In this document: positions 17,940-27,500 of the stretch, one piece after another
Numbering within the stretch: position 1 is the first letter of the stretch
Layout: each line of letters opens with the position of its first letter
DNA from: Chlamydiota bacterium
GTDB lineage: Bacteria; Chlamydiota; Chlamydiia; Chlamydiales; Rhabdochlamydiaceae
NCBI GenBank assembly: GCA_013287215.1
Contig: JABDEH010000001.1
Location: forward strand, 1 to 55,444
Reading direction: 5' to 3'
DNA: 55,444 bases
The notes under the pieces: generated by a model
The model's database searches: none
The model's input: the letters and a program-made list of their open reading frames with translations, nothing else
Told to the model about the DNA's origin: nothing
Made by a program: the position numbers and the translations under genes

Positions 17940-19028
17940 CTAATGAAAGCATGATTCGTTTTTCAGTTTGATAAAATGGGGATATTTGTCGTTTTCCCCA
18001 TTACAGACCTTTAATTTTTCTAACTCCTCCTTCACCTGCAAAATAGCTTGATTCTTTAATTTATGGGGAAGTTCAATTTCATAGGAGATCGAATAGTACC
18101 CTTGGCCTTCAACGAAAGATCGGACCACCCCGACAAAGTGGTCTCCGTCATCTTTGTATGTATAGGAATATATGATTTCAGTTGGGGATCGTTTGAGAAT
18201 GCGAATCTTAGCTCCCCGTTTGATACTCATCTTCTCCATTTCAAAGAATGGGCAGATGGTCATCCCATTTACAATACGCCTCATCGCCACCTTAAGGCTC
18301 TCGTGAAGAGCCTCCTCGTTTTTTATAGAGTCGTAAACGAGAGAATAATTCCCATATATCGAAAACCTAAACATCCTCCAGCCCTCAAATGCATCCCCAA
18401 AGTCTAGGACATTCAGCCTTTCAACTAAGGAAATCCCTTCTGGATGAAGCGCAGCCTTTTCAAAAGGCACAATGCTGGCTGTCTCTTTAAGTAACTGGAT
18501 GTTCTTACCTCTCTCCTCCAAAGACATCTCTCCCTTTCCCCGGCTTATGCGCACCGTATGATATCCCGACTCAGTTAAAAAACTACGTGCAACTACATGC
18601 TGCTCGGGAGATTTTTTATGCCTCCTATGCAGATACCACTCATAGATGACATCTTTCTCATTTTTCTCTATGACATTCCATGTAACCTTGCTGTCCTCCG
18701 AATAAGAGTCCATCGTTGCGCACACAAAATCTATGATAGTTTCAATAGAGGATTCGAACTTTTTGTGAACATCTTCCCTGCTTTGGAACAAAACGCCTAT
18801 GATATCGCCTTCGTATTGATCTGCCTGAGTAATGGGACAACACTCAAACAGACCATAATTTGGGCTTACATAACGCTCGGTCCCGACCAAATTTTTGTGG
18901 GTATCACTCGGCAGTATAAGTAGAATTGTTTCTGACGGGGAATGATTAATGTCAGCATCAGCGTAAGCCGCTCTCTGACCAAGCATCACAAAAAGAGCGG
19001 CGATTAGGGAAGACAACTTGTTTCTCAT
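17940..19028 (-). CDS. secreted protein, paralog family B
   Basis: Signal peptide MRNKLSSLIAALFVMLGQRAAYA. About 40% identical to 16725..17849 along the full length. Confidence 0.65.
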   Translation of the reverse strand: MRNKLSSLIAALFVMLGQRAAYADADINHSPSETILLILPSDTHKNLVGTERYVSPNYGLFECCPITQADQYEGDIIGVLFQSREDVHKKFESSIETIIDFVCATMDSYSEDSKVTWNVIEKNEKDVIYEWYLHRRHKKSPEQHVVARSFLTESGYHTVRISRGKGEMSLEERGKNIQLLKETASIVPFEKAALHPEGISLVERLNVLDFGDAFEGWRMFRFSIYGNYSLVYDSIKNEEALHESLKVAMRRIVNGMTICPFFEMEKMSIKRGAKIRILKRSPTEIIYSYTYKDDGDHFVGVVRSFVEGQGYYSISYEIELPHKLKNQAILQVKEELEKLKVCNGENDKYPHFIKLKNESCFH

Positions 19029-19240
19029 AAAACCTCTGGCTTAATTGTTGAAGATAGATACTCCTACTATGTTCAGCAGTATTCACAACTGAGAAATTAC
19101 CTTGAAGACAAAAGAAATATAACACAGTGATTTTTAATTTTAAATTGTCATAAATCTTGGATTTTAATTCATTTTTCTTTTGCAAAACACATATCTCAAG
19201 ATAATATTGCTTCAATGAAAATCAAAACAAGAGGTTCCCC

Positions 19241-19975
19241 ATGAGCAAAATGAAAAATCTCAATTCCCTATTCCTTGGGTTAACCTTCATCTTTTCGGTT
19301 GCCTTTGTCGCTCCGAATCCCCTTTCCAAGGATCACCATCTTATCCCCTCCTCAAAAAGCCTTTCCCCTGAAAATAACCAACCTCCCCCTCTAGAGGGAA
19401 AAATCATCAACAAACGTTACTATGCCCCTAAAAATGTCTTTTCCTGCCGGGCAGAGGACTTTGGTCAGGGTTTTTATTATGTCCAGGACAAACTGTGGGA
19501 TGTCGTCGCCTGTGTTGTCTTTGATGATTCCACTGCTGGGTTCAAAAAGGCAGAGGTAATCTTTATTCCTCAATTAGCCAACCAGACCTGGGATCAAAAG
19601 AAGCTTAAAAGCGGATTTGACGGTTTCGGCATCGGAATGCTCAAAGATGTAGACCATGCCGAAGGAATCGTGGTATTAAAAGAGGAAATGATAGGAGACA
19701 AGCTGTTTTTTGCAGCTGTCTCTGTTGAGAAAAAGGAGCGTCTGCGAGCTCCTGATGGAACAAACCCACCCGCAACGCTAGGCTATTTGGCTTTTCAAGC
19801 TGAAGACAAGTTTGTTTTGCTGAGCAATCAAGTAGTGACAGTCCCCGGTCAAAAGCACACGCCCGAAGCCCACATAGAAAAACTAAAACGAGAAATCCTA
19901 GAATTTAGCAAAACCTTTGAATTCGGTCCCACTCCAGCGCAGCCCGCAGAAAAACCAGTACCGGCAGGTTCTTAG
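19241..19975 (+). CDS. secreted hypothetical protein
   Basis: 244-aa ORF with a signal peptide (MSKMKNLNSLFLGLTFIFSVAFVAPNP). Confidence 0.55.
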   Translation: MSKMKNLNSLFLGLTFIFSVAFVAPNPLSKDHHLIPSSKSLSPENNQPPPLEGKIINKRYYAPKNVFSCRAEDFGQGFYYVQDKLWDVVACVVFDDSTAGFKKAEVIFIPQLANQTWDQKKLKSGFDGFGIGMLKDVDHAEGIVVLKEEMIGDKLFFAAVSVEKKERLRAPDGTNPPATLGYLAFQAEDKFVLLSNQVVTVPGQKHTPEAHIEKLKREILEFSKTFEFGPTPAQPAEKPVPAGS

Positions 19976-20699
19976 GATTCATTAGGCTTACGTTTTTCTG
20001 CAAAAATCCATCGATAGTGAAGCTGATAACCTATCGCTACGCCGATCCAGATACCCGCAATCCCAAATGGTTGCAAGTTGTCTTCTCCAAATTTGCACCA
20101 TCGACCAACCTCAATGCATAGCCTCCAAAAAGTAGGGATCATTCCGAATGTAAACGCACGGGCCAAAACTTTGCTTTCTCGTAGCATATCTCTAAATTCG
20201 CCGAGGAAGTCAATCTTCATTTTTTCGATAACCCGGTTTTCTTTGGCGTACAAAACAAATCGATCCAAGCTTCTTTATATGTCTTGCCTATATGCAATGT
20301 TTTACCCAATGCATAGAACCAATATCCCAGTGGAGCCAGAAAAAGAAAGCCATTCCATTGTTCAGGGAAAATGCACGCATAAACAGTCATCGCAGTGACG
20401 CTCAAGAAGATAAAAGCTTCCTGCCATTGCCATGTCCTGCGACAAAGCATCATGTAGTACGAAAAGGCAATCCCACAGGAAGATAACAACATATAGAGTC
20501 CTTGCTCGGGAAAAATAAAGTAGCAAATGGACCCGGTGACCACAATAGAAAACATGATCCAGACCCTTATAAGTCTTGAGAGTATTTCGCGTTTTTCGCC
20601 CTTCACCATAATGTTTCCCTCCTGAGAATGGCTTTTCATCCAATATGTCAAAAAAAAGAATAAACAGCAACATCCGCCCTGAGAACTCCCACAGCACAC
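19972..20699 (-). pseudogene. multi-TM membrane protein, apparently frameshifted (two overlapping ORFs 20217..20699 and 19972..20268)
   Basis: The upstream ORF (MVKGEKREILSRLIRVWIMFSIVVTG..., 4 TM) and the downstream ORF (..MIPTFWRLCIEVGRWCKFG..GIAGIWIGVAIGY) overlap in different frames over 20217-20268. This could equally be two short genes. Confidence 0.3.
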
Positions 20700-20796
20700 T
20701 CAAAACTTAGAATAAAGATATTTTTAATTAAATTGAGCTTGAAAAACAACAGTTAATTAGAATATAATTACACAAATTATTAAAAAGGAGGGACAA

Positions 20797-21687
20797 ATGT
20801 CTTCAAGTTCTTTAATCGTCAATAAAAACCCTGAAATGAGCCTTACCGAGACCGCTTTAGATTTTCTAGCACCAAAAAACCCCGTTACTCAAGAAAGACA
20901 ATTCCGCATTATACCAGAATGGTGGATGCATACGATGGCAACTATTTCCTATTACGGAGCAACCCACAAACTTTCCAATAAACACTGCAAATATGAAACG
21001 GACTCACAAGGACGTCCTCTCTGTTTCAAACAACTCATTCGTGAAACCGGAATGAAAATCGCGCAGAAATCCGACCGTCCTGACCTTCCTTATGCATTCA
21101 GAGCAGTGGCTAGCAAGGTGGAAAATGCCTGGTGTATGTCTGGAGGAAAAATTGCTTTTTACGAGGGCCTTATTCGAGCGCTTGAAAGTGAATATCGCGA
21201 CTTTGGAGTCGGAACCTTTACATTGGAAGAGAAAGTAGCAGCAGTTTTAGGCCACGAAATCGCACATGCTGCCGCCTCACACGGCCCAAGGGGTTACGAA
21301 TTGGGACTTGTAGTTGGTTTTATCCTTTCCTCAGCAGCTGACTTACTTGTAGCTCTTTTTGGAGATGAGGAGGGAGACGTGCACTGGGTCATCGATACAA
21401 TTCTGTCCCGACTGCATTTTCTCTCTTACGCATTGATCACTACGAGCAGATCCAGACCTCATGAGTTTGAAGCCGATAAATACGGAATGGTCTACTTACA
21501 AAGAGCGGGCTATAACCCAGCGGTCGCTATCTGGTTACAGGAATTTTTTGCCAGCGATGAACCAAAAACTGGGGTAAAAGTCATGGATTGGGCAATGTCC
21601 TTCTTTATCTCCTACCCCTACAGCCAAGAACGAGCAAAGGCTAACCGGGAGACCTTGAAGCTCATTCAAGCGGGAATCCTTCGATAG
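20797..21687 (+). CDS. M48-family zinc metallopeptidase (Ste24/HtpX/BepA-like)
   Basis: HExxH in AAVLGHEIAHAAASHG and a downstream EFEADKYGMVYLQRAGYNP block match the M48 signature. Strong RBS AAAGGAGGgacaaATG. Confidence 0.8.
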   Translation: MSSSSLIVNKNPEMSLTETALDFLAPKNPVTQERQFRIIPEWWMHTMATISYYGATHKLSNKHCKYETDSQGRPLCFKQLIRETGMKIAQKSDRPDLPYAFRAVASKVENAWCMSGGKIAFYEGLIRALESEYRDFGVGTFTLEEKVAAVLGHEIAHAAASHGPRGYELGLVVGFILSSAADLLVALFGDEEGDVHWVIDTILSRLHFLSYALITTSRSRPHEFEADKYGMVYLQRAGYNPAVAIWLQEFFASDEPKTGVKVMDWAMSFFISYPYSQERAKANRETLKLIQAGILR

Positions 21688-21773
21688 CAATGGGCCCTCT
21701 TAGCATTTTCAAACTGTACGTACAATGCTCAGTGCAGGAGAAGAATAGGCTCTGGAAGCAATGAGCGCTTGAT

Positions 21774-22712
21774 CTACCTTGTTAACCAGTCTAAGGCAAC
21801 ATCGACTTCATCCCGTCCCTTGTAAAGCGCCTTGATTTGCTCCCGCTCGCATCTGTACTGTTCGATGAGCTCTTGATCATCCGGATGTAAGCCGTAACTT
21901 CCAAAAATGGGCAGCATGAAATTCTGAGGATCGGGATCTTGGACGTATTGGCTTTCGTAGCAATCTTTAGGAAGGGATCTTAAAAAATCGCCAACTTTGT
22001 TTTGTTCACCTTCACGCCAAGCCCATTTGAAAAACCAAGCATTATCTCTGCCAAATCCCAGTAGAATTCCTAAAAGGACGTCGTGCTGCATCACGCCTTT
22101 CCAAAATTTCGAATCTCTATTTTCGACCTCAAAAATCGCCTCAAGCGGATCAAAGTCAAACCCAAGAGTCCGCTTGAAGTCCTCGTAATGTTTTAGCAAA
22201 GTCCGGAGGGCCATCTCTATGTTGATAAAAAGAAGCGAATCTGGTCCATCGGACTCAAAACGCGGCGGAAATATGCCAAACAGATACTGTCGTATCGGAA
22301 GTCTATCTTTGATTTTTTTCCACGTCGGAAAATTCGTATAAAAATCAAACCTATCCTTTAACCCGGCCATATATTCTGCTTTTTTTTCATCCGATAGAGA
22401 ATTATAGTACCGACTTACTTGATCATCATCTCCATCAGGAATCATTTTTTGAATGCATGTCCATGACATGGGTTTGGTACCGTACAAAACATAGGCCCCT
22501 GAATCTTGAAACAAAATCTGTCGAAAGATTTCTTGAATCCATGCCCTTTCTTCCGCTGAAATAGAAACTGTATGAGCATGAATAACCGGCGGTTGCGTCT
22601 CTTTAAGTTCCGTCGCATGGACTGAGAACTCAATGGTAAAAATCGCCAGCAATAAAAGACCGCATTTACAGAGTTGTTTTTTAAATAGTTTAATCCGCGC
22701 AATGAATCTCAT
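21774..22712 (-). CDS. secreted protein, paralog family A
   Basis: See 13397..14401. Signal peptide and shared YVLYGTKP / LLGILLGFGRDNAWFF motifs. Confidence 0.6.
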   Translation of the reverse strand: MRFIARIKLFKKQLCKCGLLLLAIFTIEFSVHATELKETQPPVIHAHTVSISAEERAWIQEIFRQILFQDSGAYVLYGTKPMSWTCIQKMIPDGDDDQVSRYYNSLSDEKKAEYMAGLKDRFDFYTNFPTWKKIKDRLPIRQYLFGIFPPRFESDGPDSLLFINIEMALRTLLKHYEDFKRTLGFDFDPLEAIFEVENRDSKFWKGVMQHDVLLGILLGFGRDNAWFFKWAWREGEQNKVGDFLRSLPKDCYESQYVQDPDPQNFMLPIFGSYGLHPDDQELIEQYRCEREQIKALYKGRDEVDVALDWLTR

Positions 22713-22786
22713 ACAATCTATCCTTTTTTTGTGCTAACCCACCGCCGTCGGCTTTCCATCTAGACCCCGCACCGTGAAATCTAGCC

Positions 22787-23677
22787 CTATCTGGCAAGGG
22801 CTGCAAGGGTGATCTCTAGAAACCGGCCATTTTCATATATTTTGCATATCTTCCGTCTTTCATCTAGGTACCTCTTCTGCAACTCTTCGGTTTCTTGCGA
22901 ATAGATACTACCTACAAAGGCCGGCGGCACAATATAGCTGAGATGGTCATAAGGGGCTTCCTCCCAATAAGGACCTATTCTTGGGGCCTCCTCAGCACGA
23001 ATAGCAGCAACCTTTTCTTGGGTTGCTGTGAGATCAAGAAAATCCTGCCATAAAATCAACCTTCGATGAAAAAACCAAGCATTGTCTCTCCCAAATCCGA
23101 GAAGGGTCCCATATAATGCCTGGTGGTTCCCTAAAGACTCAATTAGGTCCTTGCTGGGGTCATTAAACCAATCCATAATGATTTCACAGGAAATGCGATC
23201 CCCGAGAACTGTTTTAAAATCCTCAATATACCTCTGGATCATCTCTGCGCAAAGTGTCTTATTAAGAAAATAGAGCGTAACGGAATCGTCATCGGGAGTT
23301 CCATAGGATTTAAGCATAAAATTATTCATCGGAAACAGGTGCTTGTATTTTTGCCAAATCATCCACCCTTCCTTAAGCTGTCCATTATGATGACTAAGAA
23401 GTATGAATGCGCCCCATCCAGTTAGATTGCTATTTTCAATGCGATAATATCCACTGAGGGCTAACGGCTTGCTTCCAAATAGGACGAAGGCACCCCCCTC
23501 GTGGAATAGAAGCTCCCGAAAGAATGCTTCCAGAACAAACCGATCATCTAAAGGAATTTCTTGAATTCTTGCCGCAATGCCATCTTCGTCAAAACCCTCA
23601 GCTTGCAAGGCTGAAAGACTCCCGAATCCCAATATTCCTATGACACTAAATACGATAAAACGCCTAATCAAGGTCAT
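22787..23677 (-). CDS. secreted protein, paralog family A
   Basis: Tandem with 21774..22712. Motifs FVLFGSKP and ALYGTLLGFGRDNAWFF are present. The C-terminus is ...KIYENGRFLEITLAALAR. Confidence 0.6.
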   Translation of the reverse strand: MTLIRRFIVFSVIGILGFGSLSALQAEGFDEDGIAARIQEIPLDDRFVLEAFFRELLFHEGGAFVLFGSKPLALSGYYRIENSNLTGWGAFILLSHHNGQLKEGWMIWQKYKHLFPMNNFMLKSYGTPDDDSVTLYFLNKTLCAEMIQRYIEDFKTVLGDRISCEIIMDWFNDPSKDLIESLGNHQALYGTLLGFGRDNAWFFHRRLILWQDFLDLTATQEKVAAIRAEEAPRIGPYWEEAPYDHLSYIVPPAFVGSIYSQETEELQKRYLDERRKICKIYENGRFLEITLAALAR

Positions 23678-23766
23678 TTTTGTTACCCCCCATCTTATTC
23701 TCTACAATAAGAACCAGCACATTTTACCAAGTTAGTCCTCCTATGGCAACATCAACTTTATCCTAT

Positions 23767-23900
23767 CTATTTTGAGTGTCGCTTCTTATTTGGTGATGGG
23801 GCAAGTGTGATTTCTAAAAAACGACCATTTGAATATAGTTTGCAAACCTTTTCGTCTCTCGAGCGCATACGCAGTCTTAATTGTAGCTGAACAAATTTTC
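23767..23900 (-). pseudogene. 3'-terminal remnant of a fourth family-A paralog
   Basis: The minus-strand translation QLRLRMRSRDEKVCKLYSNGRFLEITLAPSPNKKRHSK* aligns with the C-terminus ELQKRYLDERRKICKIYENGRFLEITLAALAR* of 22787..23677. The DNA is about 75% identical to 22787-22870. Confidence 0.55.
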
Positions 23901-23950
23901 AGGATTACCTTGATCCCAGCAATATTCTTTTACCACTCAATTCCTAAAAA

Positions 23951-24535
23951 TTAATCTTTTAGGACGTTATCTAAATTTATTTCTTTCTCAGCTAAATTCT
24001 CAAGGTATACATTAGTAATTTTATTTTTTTTCAATATGTCTGCTGCTTTTTTGGTGACGAATGTTTGATACGTTCCATCAGGGGTAAAGAAATCGGTTCC
24101 GTCCCAGTTATCTAGGTTTACTCCTTTATAAAATTTACAGATAGGTCCATGTGGTACTCTCCTTTTTTCGATAATCTCTGATTTTTCATAAGAAGTCGGA
24201 CCAGAGTGCCCGGTTGCTGAGAAACCGTGATAACCGGTTATCTCATTGCCTTTTTTGTCATATAATTTGATTGGAAAAACTTTCCACCCTGTTAAATTAT
24301 TCTCTTCTAGAACTTTTCTCATTCTTTCCGAAATTAGAAAAAAACCAGGATACCCTGTATCTAATATGTCATATAATTTATTCCCATACTCCTGTTTAAA
24401 AGAGACTGGAAAATCGATTCCTTGATAGTTTCCTTTAATTAGTTTTAAGCAGTCAATATTTAGGTCAGTAGGGTGGGCTTGAACAGTAGAAGACGCTGGC
24501 TGGCTCATAAAATCAAAAAAATCTTTCATTTTCAT
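23951..24535 (-). CDS. putative Rhs toxin immunity protein (small ORF immediately downstream of the Rhs C-terminal toxin domain)
   Basis: 194-aa cytoplasmic ORF starting 9 nt after the Rhs stop on the same strand. The call rests on position only. Confidence 0.5.
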   Translation of the reverse strand: MKMKDFFDFMSQPASSTVQAHPTDLNIDCLKLIKGNYQGIDFPVSFKQEYGNKLYDILDTGYPGFFLISERMRKVLEENNLTGWKVFPIKLYDKKGNEITGYHGFSATGHSGPTSYEKSEIIEKRRVPHGPICKFYKGVNLDNWDGTDFFTPDGTYQTFVTKKAADILKKNKITNVYLENLAEKEINLDNVLKD

Positions 24536-24543
24536 TTTTCCTC

Positions 24544-27500
24544 TTAATAATTTATTTCGATTCCATGTTGAGACATCATTTTTCTCCCCTTTTCTAGAAT
24601 TTGTGCCTCTGTAGCTCCTGGATTTTGTCTCATAAATTCTATCCAGTCCAGATTATACTGCTTAGCTGCCGCTCGATGACTTGATGCCTCCCACCAAGTT
24701 AAGTACTTAGGGTTATGAATATTAATCCCTTTTTCAAGGAATTTTGTCTCGAACTGTTGGGCAAACACATGGTGTGCATGAACTTGTTGTCCAGAAGGAG
24801 AAACACCGGTTAATTCTATTAGATTTGCCCTATAAGAATGCCTTGTAAATGGCTTAAAATTTTTCCCTCCCGGAATCCCTTCTAGGCTTACCATTGTAGA
24901 TTCGGGAACACTGAATGCTGCGATTGCTGCAACTCGCGCACGTTGTATGAAATACGCACTTCCTAAGCTTCCTCCCATACTCAATCCGCTATCAACGAAA
25001 TTGGCTGTTTGATGAGACATTCCTGTTCTTTGTAAAAGCTGGGAAGTGAGTGTGTCTCTTGGCCTTCCTGTGAAAGCTGTGCTGATCCCTGTTATAAACT
25101 GGTCAAGACCATGCGCCATTACAGGCCATCCAAAGGGAGCTGCGGCTCCATAAGTTACAAGGGTCATCCCTCCGCCAAAACTAACTTCAGCAAGTCCTCC
25201 TAAAGCTTGCAGAGAACCGTGAAAGCGAGGGTTATTGAGAATGAAATCCACCATGCTGTGGCTTATTCCCCCAAGGCTTACTACTCCCATTGTGCTTGCG
25301 ATATCACCTCCTCTTTTACAGTCACGATGTGCCTCGCAGTGGCAGTGGGGTTCATATTCTCCATAGAAATATCCAGAGAACTCCTTGCTTTGATTTTCAT
25401 TCATCTCCGATGCCAGACCAAAATAATCGACATAGGTCATGGGATTGTTGCGAGCAAAGGTGTAAAGATTTGGGCCATCTATATCACCTGCAGGATCAGG
25501 GCTGATCCATCTTCCGATCTGCGCGTCGTAATAACGCTGACCAAAGCAAACGAGCCCAATCTCTTTATCGACTCGCTTGCCACGATATCTCCATGGATTT
25601 CCAATCGCAGAGTCAGAGACTACCCTTCCTTTTTCATTAGTAATTTCTTCCTCTCCAAAGGAAGAATACCGATATGATTCCACAACTTTGCGTCTTTTAT
25701 GATCGAGAAGGCATGCGATGTTGCCCTGTAGGTCATAAAGTGGAACGTAGGTCTCTTTTCTAACCTCAATTGCCACGCAAGGGGAAATCTCTGGATTATT
25801 AGGGTTACTGGGAACCTTAAGCTCGACAATTGCCCCTTTTTCATCCAGAGAACCAATCTCTGTATTTCCTAAGTAAAAGAAGCGGAATATCCTAGCTTTC
25901 TTACCTTTTGGCTCAAGCTTTTTAGTCAGTCGCTTTCCACTTAAGTCATAGGTAAATGAGACGATATTTTGGTCGGGATCTTTGATAGAGATCAGTTGGT
26001 TTAAAGGACTCCACTGATAAACCCAAATCTTTTGACCTATTGTTTTAGTGGCAAGATTGCCATTTGCGTCAAAAGTATAGGAGGCGCCTTCGGCTTCTAC
26101 GAGCTGATTTAAGTCATCCACTTTATAAGTAGAGTCATCTCTTTGAAGCCGATTCCCGAGCGAATCATAGGAATATCGATGTTCCATCTCCCTTTTCTCA
26201 AGAATAAGCTGTGAGAGAGCGTTATACTCGTATTCTGCGGTTGATTTTTCATCGTCGAGGGTTGTTTCTCTTTTCTTGATATTATTAAGAAGATCGTACC
26301 CTCCTTCCACAAACTTATCCTGAAAGAAATCAGTGCTAATTTCTATTCTTCTACCTGAGGAATCCCAAGCTTGTTTTCTACTTCCACCGTGACCCGGTAA
26401 GATTTCTTCCAGGGTATTTCCCATTTGATCCCTAGCGGCGACTCGGTAGTTATAGAGTTCTTTCCCCTCTTTGGTGAATCTGGCTACACTTTCAACAAAG
26501 GTTCCTTCGTAGCTATACTGCACAGAGGATCCATCAGGAAGCTGGAGCGTTTGAATGTTCCCATCCCCATCATAGATACGACTGACTCGGTAGGAGCCAA
26601 ATTCATCTTTGATTGTCTCAGAGAGAGGCAGATCATTTGTATCGTAAGAATAGGTTAAGACTTGAGCAGAAGAAAGTCTCATTTCCTTGAGGTTCCTGTT
26701 CATGTCGTAAGACAGCTGGTGCGAGACTTCTTGCTTTCCTTCTTTGTAAGAAATCGTCCTTAGATCCCCATATGCATTATATTGGTAAGAGATGGGTTCT
26801 TTAGAACCAGGGTTATACTTGGTTGCCAAATCTCCATAGGAATTGTATTCAAAAGTGGTTACACGTTCTTGAGGTGTTCCCTTTCCTAACGTAACGGACC
26901 GTAACTGATTGCCTTCGTTAAAAGACCAATCTGTTTCATAGGTGCTTAAGAGCCCTTCTGAAGAGATGCGGGCAACCTTCTCAAGCACCTTATTGCCTGC
27001 AATGTCAAAAGAAGACTCGATTTCAGCAAGAAGATGACCTGTTTTGTCTTTCTTTGTGACTTTAATTAAATGGCCAGAGTTATCGAAAGTTTCCTCAGTT
27101 TGATTTCCAAGGGGGTCAAGCACGGTGCGTTTACGCGTTTTTTGTCCCCATTCGTTGACATAGGTATCATCGTAGTGAATTACAGTTACCTGATTGGAAG
27201 CACCGAGAATCTTACAGAGCCTACCCAGACCGTCATACTCATACTGAGTGAGCACGCTCTCTTTGTTGTGAGGATAACCAATAATTTGAGCCAGCTGCCC
27301 TGCGTCATTGTAGATGTACCTGTTTCTGGCTACTGTATGACCTTGAGAGTCTTGAGTCTGTTGCTCTATCACTCGGTTTAAAAGATCATATTCCTTGACT
27401 TCGAGGGTAAAGGCATTAGAGGATTTCCATTTTTTAACCCCTTGAGTTCGACCCAGCGCGTCGTAAATAAACTCGACCTTTTGATCTCCTTTGCTAAGCG

